Positions 51,691-64,000 of a DNA stretch of 64,000 nt are shown here, one piece after another. Each line of letters begins with the position of its first letter. The stretch's first letter is position 1. Made by a program: the position numbers and the translations under genes. The stretch is from Octopus bimaculoides. Its lineage: Eukaryota. The stretch covers positions 8,425,844 to 8,489,843 of the forward strand of contig NC_068984.1 of the NCBI RefSeq assembly GCF_001194135.2. Direction: 5' to 3'. The notes beneath the pieces are model-generated. The model saw nothing but the letters and a program-made list of their open reading frames with translations. It was not told the origin of the DNA and ran no database searches.

Positions 51691-52921
51691 CCACAAAAGT
51701 CTACCACACAGCAACGAATGTGAGCTGGTAAATGTTTAAGACGATTGGCCCATATTTTAGACTACTAGATAGCACCTCTTAAACTTATGGAAGGCGATTT
51801 TACGTACCTGCTGCAGCCTACTTAGATAAAATTGACATCCCTCTCCTCGGGAGATGCACGTATTGATTATAAAACCAAAATCGTGTGAAAACAAAATGTC
51901 ACTGACTTTTGAATGCGACAAGATTGAATGATTGGAAAACAGCTCCAGGTCTTAACTGTTACTTATTGTATCGAACGCTATGCACAGACATCTACTAAAA
52001 CTGCCCCCCACCACTATTCATCACCACATGAAGTTGAGTAGTAACAAAAGTTAATACCGATTTCCCCGCCTAGCGCTCATCTACAGGTTTACAACTAAAA
52101 GAAAGAGCTGCAACACTGGGAATATGTATAATCCAGTTTCAGGTTTGAATGTAACACAATAATGAATTGGAGTTAACTTTGTAATTGGAAAAAAAAAAAG
52201 ACTTTCATTAATGTGACATTTAATCCTTGAACAATCATCAAACATGACATATTCAGAGACTTGTAACACTTTTTCTATGATTACGTATGAAGAAGAAAAT
52301 TTCGAAAGAACATGTCTACCTCTACTAAATGAAGCTTAGTTGCTGATAATTTGCATTAATTTCCCAGCTTTATTTACGCTGTAATTAAAGTGCAAGTGAA
52401 TAGAAGTGACAAATAGAAAAAAAAATGGTTAATTGGAAATGTGTTTAAATCTTTGTTAATTTAACTATTTTTAATCTTATTTTATTATTTATAGATATCT
52501 AATTCTTTTTAGTTTGTTTGTTTTTTGTGATTATACTGGGTAAAATAAAATATAACAAATTAACAAAAATGTTCTTGAACCATCGTAATTTAGGTGACTA
52601 TAAATTTTGGGTGTTTTTTCTCTTACACTTAATATTTTATTTAAAAGTTTAATATGTTGTTGTAATTTATTATGAAGACACCGACGATGAGGAAACTAAC
52701 TTTGAATTGATTAGGTTGGAAGATAAATAACGAAAGTCTATGTACTGAGAAAGAAAAGAAGGAAATAGATTTTGTATTTCATTTCTTTTTATTTTAATTT
52801 TATTTTTGTTCTAGAAACAGTAATGGAAATAATAGAACACACATACAAGCACATTCCAATGTATAAATATAAATAAGTATATAATATATATATATATATT
52901 TTATATATATATTATAAAATA

Positions 52922-52952
<31 letters not shown>

Positions 52953-53219
52953 ATTACATATATATCTATATTATATATATTATATACGTGTATATATATA
53001 TATATATATATNNNNNNNNNNNNNNNNNNNNNNNNNNNNNNNNNNNNNNNNNNNNNNNNNNNNNNNNNNNNNNNNNNNNNNNNNNNNNNNNNNNNNNNNN
53101 NNNNNNNNNNNNNNNNNNNNNNNNNNNNNNNNNNNNNNNNNNNNNNNNNNNNNNNNNNNNNNNNNNNNNNNNNNNNNNNNNNNNNNNNNNNNNNNNNNNN
53201 NNNNNNNNNNNNNNNNNNN

Positions 53220-53250
<31 letters not shown>

Positions 53251-54933
53251 TGTATATATATATATATGTGTGTGAGTATTGTGTGTAGGTTATATATATG
53301 TGTGTGTGTGTGTGTGTATATACACTCTCAAACACAGACATATTTACACGTATCTTATCAGATGTGACAAATTACATTTATGTATGTTTGTGTGTGTGTG
53401 TGTGTCTGTATCTGTGTGTTTGTGCGTGTGTGTATGTGTAAAGAGAGAAAGCGAGAGATTGGTGAATAGAGAGATCGATAGTTAGAAAGTGTGTTCGTGA
53501 GAGAGAGAGAGGGAGAGGGAAAGAGAGAGAGGGGGTAAATGAGTGAGTGAGAGATGAAGAGGTGAGAGGGGAAAATTTTGAATTATTGGTCTGGCACTGA
53601 AGTTCATTTACGCATCTTGAATCGACGTCTAAAAAGTTTGTCAAGTACTTTAATATTGATCGGTTTGTATTCTGTTGCTGTAGATATGAGCAATAAGAGA
53701 TGGCAATGTATTGCGTTGGTTTCAAAACAAATGGAAGCGGTTTAAATGTTAAATGAACTTTTCTTGTGTGGAATGATGATTACCTTATTAGTAAATTAAG
53801 AATGGAACGGTTTATCACAGACCGGAAGTCTCTATCTATGCTAGGCATTACGTTTAGGTTAATTTCATTGCAGGGAATTTTTAAAATTAGTTCTACCGTT
53901 TCTTCAAATTGGTTGACGTCACCCAACAACGCAAAGGAATTCCTGTATTGTATGGCTCACGCGTTTTACCACTTCACACACTCCAAATAACCCATTTAGT
54001 CCTTTTGAAAAGGATTTCCACCGACTTTGCAGAATCCTCTTTCCATCCAATTCACAAGACAAATATTTCTATAAGCAGTCCCCGCACACACATACACATA
54101 AGAGTTTCCACAAGTAAAGCCCGATTTTTAGCCAACTCCACATTGCCGAATCTCCTAAAATTCTAATCCATTCCAGTCCTCAGGACATTTCTCCTTGGAA
54201 AACACACATGGCGAGGAAGGAAGTATTTTCGGTCACCGGTTCTGATTGTGTTCCAACCTTTTTCTTAAAATACTGCATCACAGAATAACCCAACCTCATC
54301 AAAATCTTCTATCTTTCCCTACCTACTAAGATTTACCGTGATCTCCAGAAATACACAAAAATATGTCCCTTTCGCCTAAAATTTAACCTCTCTCTCCCTG
54401 CCCAAATACCACGGTATTTCAATCATTTGATGTATCTAAAGTCGAAAGATTAATATTAACAATGACCTTATTCGCTGTCAAAGTTTTTATCCTGTATGAA
54501 TTTGTCACAATCTTTTCTTTGCGATTTGAAATTGAAATTCATAAAATAATCAACTATATCTTATCATTTGTAATTATAATTATAATCTGAAATATCAAAA
54601 AAGAAATTACCAGTAGAATTTTGCATAAATTCAATTCCGATATTATCATTTATATTTGTTCGGTAAATAACGAATTCTAAGACTATTTGAAATTAAAGAA
54701 AGTACATCATGGCATTGTGATTTTAATCATGGAAACACACCAAAGCAAATAAATTTACAATTAAATTATAGGAGGCATCTAAATTTTGTCGCAGATCTGC
54801 GACCAGCTCAAGATACACTTACATCAAAGCTGGCTCAAATTTTGTTACTGGATAGTGTTTATATGCTCAGAACTTATTTTGCTGACCTTTTATGCATAGA
54901 AGTATTCTGCAGTAAAGAGCTTGGACGTCTTGA

Positions 54934-55052
<119 letters not shown>

Positions 55053-55867
55053 TAACTGAAGGAAGATCATCCTTTGTCTTATATATATGTGTAAGTGTGT
55101 GTGTATGTGTGTGCGTGTGTGTGTGGGTGTGTGTATGTGTGTACGTGTATGTGCGTGTGTATGTCTTTGTGTGCATATATGCATGTGAGTGTAGCCATAC
55201 AGTTACTCAGTATATTCATATGGTCTTACAATGAAGTACAGGGGAGTATTACTAATTCCTGAAGGTCTCTGCAAGTGTTATAACAACAAAAGAAAAAATC
55301 TTTATGTGTGAGGTGCAGTGAATGTAGTTGGGAAACACGTCAGCAGCATTGTCGGCTTTTAATACAAATGAGTCAAAGAACAGTTGATATCAAGTGTAGA
55401 TGTGCGCGAACTGAGAAATGGTTGCGATTATAATGAAAATCAAATGAATTTCAAAGGGAACAAACAGACCGGCGTCCCTCAAGGTATGTTGTTTGCTTGC
55501 TTCAACGGTTGTCGTGTTTCAATTTTTGACAGACACACATATTACAAAATCTATAAATATCAAAGCATTCATGCGTGATTATCCACAAAACAGCCAGTCG
55601 TAAATTGTCCGCTGATGTTGACCGGATGGTCATTTTACATCCCACACAGCCGAATGTATCTAAGACGGACTCATTCACTCATACATAGAACCCAGACCTA
55701 TATTTATATATAGATATATACGCCTCACACACGCACATTGTCACATAAACCTTCACAATCGAAATCCCAAGCATATTTTAACACTTCTCTCCCTATCTCT
55801 CTCTTCCTCTTACTCTCACTCTCTCTCTTACACACACACTCTCTCCCTCTCTCCGAATATAGATATA

Positions 55868-56090
55868 AAGAGACGACCTATCAGAGTTGTTAGCATGCCG
55901 GTCAAAATGCTTAGCTTCATTTCGTCCGTATTTACGTCTGAACTTCAACTTCCACCGCGGTCTACTTTGCCTTTCATCCTTTCGGGGTTGATAAGAACAT
56001 TTCCAGTCGCGCACTGGGGGGGGGGGATCAATGGGATGGACTTAGGTACATTACCCCGAAACTGTTGGCCTTGTGCCAAAATTTGAAGCC
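55868..56090 (+). mobile_element. SINE family C
   Basis: gttgttagcatgccgg...tactttgcctttcatcctttcggggttgataag...ggccttgtgccaaaatttgaa. Confidence 0.8.
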
Positions 56091-56178
56091 AACATGTATA
56101 GATATAAATGCCTGCAATCATATATACACTTATACACACGTACATATATACATACATGCATACATAGAAACGCGCGCG

Positions 56179-56209
<31 letters not shown>

Positions 56210-56298
56210 TTAACAAAACAGGAAAGTAGAAATTTGGGTGGGGAGGTATTGTTTCTTCTCCATTACAGGTATTTCATTTGCTAATAGGNNNNNNNNNN

Positions 56299-56340
<42 letters not shown>

Positions 56341-56459
56341 ACAAAACAGGAAAGTAGAAATTTGGGTGGGGAGGTATTGTTTCTTCTCCATTACAGGTAT
56401 TTCATTTGCTAATAGGAATTACAAAGATTTACATGTTAGATAGACATACAAGAAATTGA

Positions 56460-56643
56460 GACTACCTCCCCCTGTGGGATGAAGTTAAAATAATAGACAG
56501 AGAACTCCTCTGGAAAAATACGAGAACTAAAAGAAGCAGCTCATATGTTAGGACACAGCAACCTCCTAAGCAGACGAAGTGCAGATATGAACGGCATATG
56601 GGAACCGGTATTAAGGAAGGATACGAAAATATTAGATTTATAA
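56460..56643 (+). mobile_element. Penelope-like element, GIY-YIG endonuclease C-terminal fragment
   Basis: PLWDEVKIIDRELLWK / IRELKEAAHMLGHSNLLSRRSADMNGIWEPVL with one +1 frameshift. Confidence 0.7.
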
Positions 56644-56677
56644 GCCCTAAAATTCACTCCATAACTGCCCACAACCA

Positions 56678-56720
56678 TATGGCGTAGTGGTTAAGAGCGT
56701 GGGCTACTAACCCCAAGATT
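56678..56720 (+). mobile_element. Truncated tRNA-like SINE head
   Basis: atatggcgtagtggttaagagcgtgggctactaacccc; no T-arm or B-box follows. Confidence 0.5.
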
Positions 56721-59119
56721 ACCCCAACATCTATGATATTTTAGTTTTCAAACTATAATTATACACAAAATATTTATGATTACGTTATATCAACCGCGTT
56801 GATTATGACTCTATATGGAACGGTTTTAATAAAATCATATTTTTGCCCTCCAAACAATGTTAGATCTCCAGATGTTTACAGATACTCTCCTAAGTGATAA
56901 ACAAAAATTCTGAGCAGTTTTGATTTTAAAAGTCATCTGACTAAAGGACAATGTTATATTAACAATGAAACAAGTGTAAAATGTGTATTAAAATGTTTAC
57001 TCCATATCAGAAATTAAAAATACAATGATACTACATACATAAAAAATGTTATAAAACGCAGGTGAATATTTTATATGACGCTTACATCAAAGTGGTAAAA
57101 ATGAAATATTGCTTAGAATAAACATTGTCTGTACCGAAAAAAGTGCAGTCTCGTTTTGGAAGTCAGATTAAATAAATATACAATATCGATTCCTAAAATG
57201 GTAAAATGAAAACTAGTATGTTTGACATTAGAGGTCATTTCGAAAAACAAAAGAAAAATTATCAAATAGAATATGATGAACAAGTATTTGACAAGACTGT
57301 ACAATCGAACAAGTTAACGCATGATGTCACTTAATTCGACTCAGTAAACCAAGCACCTTGTAATCTCTTCCATTACAATTTCAATATGGTCTTATAGCAA
57401 AGATTTCCTGTTGACATCACAAACGGAAATTAGAGATTTCATAGTTGGTTGAATATTTTAAATTAAAATACAATTATGTCCCTACTTTACAAGCGATATA
57501 CAATCTGATAAATAATATATTTTTCTGTTGACTGCTGAATAATACGAACATTCAACGGTTACAATATTCCTTTTGCAAAGTGTAATCTTTTTCACTAAAA
57601 ATCTATTTCACACTTGTTAATATGGCGATGTTCAACATTTCGATATATTGCATTGTATCCGTACTTCGGTGAATTAGGATTCAATAAGACAGAACTTCCC
57701 AATCGTCGCTGGACTTATGAAGGGAGGGTGATTGTGTTTTGGTTGTGTTTTGATTTGCTGAACAACCTACAAACTCAATGTCTTTTTAATGATCGTTATT
57801 TGTGCAGAACCATTCTCACTTTCTCTTACCTTTCAAATTGGAATAGTCTGGTGCAACAAGTAACACGAGAACACGAGCTACTACTAATCAACAGGATGTA
57901 GGATTTACATGGAGTTAACTTTTTTCAGGTGTGCAATGTCTTTTGGTGATGACTTTTAGTGGCCTTCTCCCGGATGCAATTTCCGTGACATGATAATTAA
58001 CCGATAGCTGGGATCCTGACAAGTTCTGACAGTCCAAACCTAAGTAGACCTGGGATTAATAATGATTAAGAGAGGATCCACACACTTCAAAATCTTTGAA
58101 AAATGCCTGAACCAGGACCCTACTACCGGAGGCAGTGTTAAGTCAAGCCCAGGAGAAATATTCGAAAATAATTATTTTAAAACAAACGCTATTTAGAATC
58201 ACGTGAAGAGCACACGAAACAAGACTATGAATTTCAATATGAAACCATTCCATTTAATTGTATTCTCAGTAAAAACTGAACAAAGATTCTTTATTAATTA
58301 GCACTAAATTAACATAATTCTAATTGCATTCTTCAAATTAGAACGACAAGATAAAACTGATTCTGTAACGTACGAATAATTAGCTTATTGTTTTAAAGCG
58401 ACAATCCTCAGTTAAGCTTAAATGTAAATAACACAGCAATAACAATTTTCGTTTTTTATAACAATGGATAACGATATTATTGTAATAATTACAAGACTTC
58501 GATGCTGTAGCCGAGGAAGATAGCTTATTGTACAAAACATGATACAAACGCGGAGAATATTTGAGAGTGACTGCAGCAGTCAGTGCAAAATAAGTCTTTT
58601 GAGAGATAGAACAATGGAAGATGGATTGAGATATTGAAACTACGAGAGCAAACACAACAAAATCAAAACACACCAGATGTGGTTCCCGAAGTTTCCCAAG
58701 TCAACGCCCGCTTTTACCGAACAGCGGTGAAAGAGAATTTACAAAAGCAGAAAAGACAGCACCAAAAATGAATAATTCTAGAAATATATCAATAAACTAA
58801 CCATTAGAGCAAGGCACAAAAAAGAACACTTAATATTTGGCTTACTTTCAGCAAATAATTCAATAAAATTTGAGTCTCAGAAAAATAATAACACAAGCAA
58901 GGAAAATTTAATTAATAACAAAATTTGTAGATTATTTTAAACAAAGTGAAGTCAGTTTTGTGCACCGGCTTCTAATTCCATAACATCCAGCATTTATTCA
59001 TGGTTTCAGATTCCATACAATCCAGCATTTGTCTCCTGTAGCTGTCTGCGGGGACTGACACCTATTTAGCTTTTACTTGTTACGGACACAATGACCACTC
59101 ACACATAAGTTTAAATATA

Positions 59120-59290
59120 TACATCGGGCTTCGTTTTGTTTCCACTTACCAAATCCACTCACAAGGCTTTGGTCAGCGCTTGGTTATAGTAAAACAGACT
59201 CAGGACGAAAGAGTCATGCAGTGTTACTGAACCCGAATGCGTGTGGTTGGGAAGCAAACTTCTTACCACATAACCACGCTAGCGCCGATG
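59120..59290 (-). mobile_element. SINE family A, 5' half
   Basis: accaaatccactcacaaggctttggtc...gtggttgggaagcaaacttcttaccaca. Confidence 0.75.
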
Positions 59291-61064
59291 TTAATTTCTT
59301 TTATGGAAATGTTTAAATACCGTGGCGCACCATCTGTCATATCTCTGCTCAACGGTTACAGCATGATCTACGTATATTCTACTCTACATATTTAAATACT
59401 TAAGCATATATTTTAAATCTAAACAATAAATTGAAATTAAATATTTTATTTCTCGGTAAAATCCTAAACCCTTTAAAAACCCATCAGCTCCTTTCATCAC
59501 CCTGTTCATATTTACGAATCCATTGTAATGTCTGAACACTTTTAAGTTGTTGATGCGTCCAAGTTAAGACCTGTTGATGTAAAATGTGCTTTACCATTAC
59601 AGATAAACATTTCCTATGTATTCCCGATTTCTTCGAATGGTAGAAGCATTTGTGCGTCGAACACAACCCTCATCTTATTTCTCGCAAGACATAACATTTT
59701 GCGCTAAGCAGGAAAGTGTATAAATAAAAAAAAAACACAACTTGTTACCCGTTCAGATATACTGGAGGCATATTCGAACATGCATGGAAACATACACTGT
59801 ATTTTGTCAAGAAGAACATTTCTCTCTGTAGTCAAATAGGGCTAAATACACCGAGTCAGTTCACCACGCCCCCTAACCAGATTGTTGGACGAATGCATTT
59901 CGAGGTGGTTATCTCCTCTGCAATTACAGAGATCCGGAAATCAGACTGGTTGCGTTATTCAGCGCAAATCCTGCTAAGTTCAAATTTCCATCCTTCTGGC
60001 TATATGAAGAATAATTAATTAAAGTTGTACAACAGTTGTAAATTAATTATTTATATATATTGTCATCTGTTGGTTTCAAGAATCGGTCGTGTGTCGGTCA
60101 AAATGCCCTGTCTATTTAGATATATCTATATGGTTCTTGTGTAAAGCAAATTCGACAGGAATATTAATTCCTGATATATTATTCTCGTCTGTATTAGTAT
60201 ACATCGGTCATGACTTTGAGAGATGAGTTATTTAATAATCATAATTCTTGCTATTAATTATTTCTTCATTTGTCAGTAATTGGTGATGCCTGCTGATGTT
60301 TGTTTGACAAAAAAAAACATAGAATATTTGTATACATGAAACACAAATTGTAGTAATTTACTTACTGATCATGTATTCAAGACAGGACTGATGTTTTGAA
60401 ACAATGGTCTACCATTTGACAAATTGGAACCTAATTCTCTGGCTGCGTTTTGTAATATCTCCTAACATTTTCCCGAAGATATCTTATATATATGTTACCT
60501 TTAAGCCACACAAGATTGGCTCAATACCATGTCTATTTCAAAACGTTTAGTTCATAAAATACGAGTCATATACATAAAAGCCTCCGCTTTTTTGAGCGAT
60601 GCAGATATGATTTATCTGCTTCTTATGTCAGAAAAACATGAACAATAAATAATTCCACAATGCTGCATTTTTGGAATATATATATTTTTTTTTTTTTTTC
60701 TGGTCGATAAAAACATTTCAGAGATTGAGAGTGGGAGGTAGTAAGGATGAAAAGAATAAATACCAGTGCGTGAGATGGACTACGATTATCGGATTAAAAT
60801 CTTTTTGTTTTCTTTGTAGAGAAGTTCAGTAAATGTTATAGCACAAAACCTGGAAGATAACGCAACAAGTTCTGTAGGTTCCGCACACCGGTCTTCGAGT
60901 TGAGTATTGTTTAGTCCGTGCTATATTCGTGTGGCAGTCACAAAGGTTAACTATAGAGTATCATATGTAACATTGATTGAAACAACGAAGTATTTAATGT
61001 GGTTTTGTCCTGAAGAAGGACTCTGAGTTGAGAGTTTCCTTGGCAGAAGAAACTCTCAACACTG

Positions 61065-61252
61065 CTAAATCAGCACTTTATTTACATTATTTACATTTGA
61101 CAGATATTTGTCCTCATCTTGTTTGTTGTTAACACAGCGTTTCGGCTGATATACCCTCCGGCCTTCATCCGGTGTCTTGGAAAAATTTCGAACCTGGGTG
61201 CTCATTCCTAATGTATTTTTCGATGTTGTTATTATTATTATTATTTAACATT
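61065..61252 (-). mobile_element. Short hammerhead-bearing element starting at (AAT)n
   Basis: Minus strand (aat)n-aacatcgaaaaatac...ccaagacac-[HHR]-aacaacaaacaagatgagg...aaatgtaaataatgtaaata. Confidence 0.6.
61132..61175 (-). ncRNA. Minimal type I hammerhead motif, mutated
   Basis: ACAC-CGGAUGA-A-GGCCG-GAGGGUAUAU-CAGCC-GAAAC-GCU-GUGU; U4 to G, U16.1 to C, one stem II mismatch. Confidence 0.55.
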
Positions 61253-61900
61253 TTCTTATTATTATCAAAGAATGCATATATGCATCGTAATACTTTTGTG
61301 ACAACCAGTACTTAACACAACAAAGCGTATACAAAACTTTACATTTTACTTTTGACAATCTTTTTCTAAAACAATAAGTGAAACCGGTCAAGTGAATAAA
61401 CATCTTTAAAATTGCAATTTCAAACCTTCTTTCATATATATATATATATATATANNNNNNNNNNNNNNNNNNNNNNNNNNNNNNNNNNNNNNNNNNNNNN
61501 NNNNNNNNNNNNNNNNNNNNNNNNNNNNNNNNNNNNNNNNNNNNNNNNNNNNNNNNNNNNNNNNNNNNNNNNNNNNNNNNNNNNNNNNNNNNNNNNNNNN
61601 NNNNNNNNNNNNNNNNNNNNNNNNNNNNNNNNNNNNNNNNNNNNNNNNNNNNNNNNNNNNNNNNNNNNNNNNNNNNNNNNNNNNNNNNNNNNNNNNNNNN
61701 NNNNNNNNNNNNNNNNNNNNNNNNNNNNNNNNNNNNNNNNNNNNNNNNNNNNNNNNNNNNNNNNNNNNNNNNNNNNNNNNNNNNNNNNNNNNNNNNNNNN
61801 NNNNNNNNNNNNNNNNNNNNNNNNNNNNNNNNNNNNNNNNNNNNNNNNNNNNNNNNNNNNNNNNNNNNNNNNNNNNNNNNNNNNNNNNNNNNNNNNNNNN

Positions 61901-61941
<41 letters not shown>

Positions 61942-62034
61942 ACACACACACTCACACACACACACACATATATATATATGTATATCAATATATATATAGT
62001 TATAGATAGATAGATAGATAAACAGATAGATACA

Positions 62035-62180
62035 CATTCGACGAGCTTCCTTCCGTTTCCGTCTACCAAATCCACTCTCAAGGTCTTAGTCGGTTCAAAG
62101 CTATATTAGAAGACACTTGCCCAAGGTGTTGCGCAAAGGGTGTGAACCAGGAACCATGTGGGTGTGAAGCAAGCTTCTTT
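62035..62180 (-). mobile_element. SINE family A, 5' half
   Basis: gtttccgtctaccaaatccactc...gacacttgcccaaggtg...gaaccatgtg. Confidence 0.8.
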
Positions 62181-63631
62181 CACAGATCTTGAGTTCAATT
62201 CCAGAGACTTGTGTTGCGTTGAGTACTTGTGAAAATCAATTCATTTCACGTTGCTCCAATCTGCTACTGGTACAGTCTTCTCTCCTTCCGGCTTTTACAT
62301 TGTAGACAATCCACCGGATCAAGAATGAGGCGGCCTGGAGTCTGTTTGTATCTGTTTGCGACTGCATAGAAATCTTGAACAATGCCCGAACACGTGATAC
62401 GCTTCTAAGTTTTACAAATTCACGAATGGCAGCTGGCACTACTATACTATTAATTTAGCAGAATTCATATTAAGACGACATTAATCTCATTCTGAAGTGG
62501 TGATAACCTGTACCACTTTAGTTGTTCATTCCAATCTGATTTATCAAACAGTATCAATAATATTATACCATGAAGTTAATTACTTTTTTGCTAACAACAG
62601 TATTCAGCTGTATAGATCTACTGTATGGATTCTTTGTGTGGCGAGTTTCATTCTTATTTCATTTGGTCTAGTGGCTTAAGGTAATTGAAACGACTACAAT
62701 ACAAAATATAAACAAAAGTTATTGACGGCTTGCAGCAATTTGGGTTATTACATGAGTGAATTCCGGATAATTATATCCATTTTTAATATCCTATAGTCTC
62801 ACATATTTCCCAGAAAGAGTTGTTATATTATGTGGCAATTTCATATCATATCGCATCATCAGATACGGTCTCGCTTAATCTATTAAAGCTTAACTTGTCA
62901 TAGTTTAACCCCGAAACCTAGTATTATTTAATCATTAGTTTTCACTGCAACATTTATTACTTTTGACACTTCTTGAACTCATGCATGTCTGGGTATTAAT
63001 AATGGTAATCTCGGCATTTAAAGTCCGAGAACCGTTTTTACACGGAAATGCAATCAAAAGAAACACCTTCCTCTCTTTCTTTCAAAGGATTTATTGCAAT
63101 CCTCCAACATATTTATGCAAGTATCAGCAAATCAAATAACTTTTCTATTCATTAGAACGTTTCCTATACATGTTAATATTTTCTCAATCACGAATTTCTA
63201 TCGATTTCCATTTAGAGAAATTCAAGGAATTTCACATGGAAGAAGGAAAAAAATATAATTGATTTGCTACTTACTCCTTAAACTGGTTGTAACATGGGAA
63301 AACATTCCTTTACACTAACTCATATTGTAATACGGAAAACGAAAGCAAGCTTAATACAAAAACTGGGAAGACGACTCTTTCATTAGTTTAGTATAATGTA
63401 TGCTTTCTTTTCAAATATACAAGAAGTTAAATAGAAGATCATGTTAGAGATTTAATGAAATATATTCCGTTCACGCACCAAAAAAAATATATCGAAGAAA
63501 AGGAACACACGTATCACTCTTTGCTTCACAAACCCTCAGAAAACGCACACGCATGCGTTCTTTACATTCGTTCATGCAAAACGAAACAAACGTATAATTA
63601 TTATGTATGTGTAAGTATGTGTGTGCGGTGT

Positions 63632-63666
<35 letters not shown>

Positions 63667-63847
63667 GTGTGGTTATGTGTATGTGCAAATGAATGACGGT
63701 ATATCTGTATACGTGCGTGTTTGTGTAAATTTAAATGACATGAAGTAGGGTTAAATAAAGCTAAGTTTATCCATACACTTGTGCAAACACTGATGTGTAC
63801 AGGTACGCTATTTAGTTGAAATGTTATTGTGCATGGTATATAATCAT

Positions 63848-63882
<35 letters not shown>
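63848..63882. repeat. (GATA)n microsatellite
   Basis: Read directly. Confidence 0.95.
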
Positions 63883-63885
<3 letters not shown>

Positions 63886-64000
63886 TAACGGTGGTGACAC
63901 AGCATGACCGCAGCTTTAAGGGTGAAACAAGTTGAAGAGTATATATACATATATATATACACACATATATATGTATGTATATATACATATATCTCAATAT

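Noticed and set aside
53900-54330. Possible L1/Tx1-type LINE C-terminal relic (KWVIW) on the minus strand
   Set aside because: A single short motif; the zinc-knuckle residues could not be aligned.
56200-56416. Exact ~80-bp duplication around the 10-N gap at 56289-56298
   Set aside because: Same overlap artefact.

Overview
AT-rich, repeat-saturated metazoan DNA from a gapped draft assembly: 18 N-gaps totalling about 6.4 kb, almost all at microsatellites. The SINE complement and microsatellite load point to an octopus genome; this is inferred from recalled repeat families, not from a search. I found no intact protein-coding gene, rRNA, tRNA or CRISPR, so the window reads as intergenic DNA or a large intron. 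It contains: (1) more than 30 copies or fragments of three tRNA-headed SINE families, called A, B and C here; (2) dead LINE 3' fragments (two R4/Dong-type, one CR1-like) and a Penelope-like GIY-YIG C-terminus; (3) Tc1/mariner relics, including an internally deleted DD37D (maT) element and two MITEs; (4) a TIR element with GG termini and internal (CCCTAA)n; (5) several minimal type I hammerhead-ribozyme motifs of the Penelope-associated kind, in at least four different short elements. The most noteworthy signal is a ~200-bp element bounded by (AT)n on both sides, whose two copies share a variant CUGUUGA hammerhead core. I cannot support a genuinely new biological system here. Most ORFs in the supplied track are microsatellite or N-gap artefacts.
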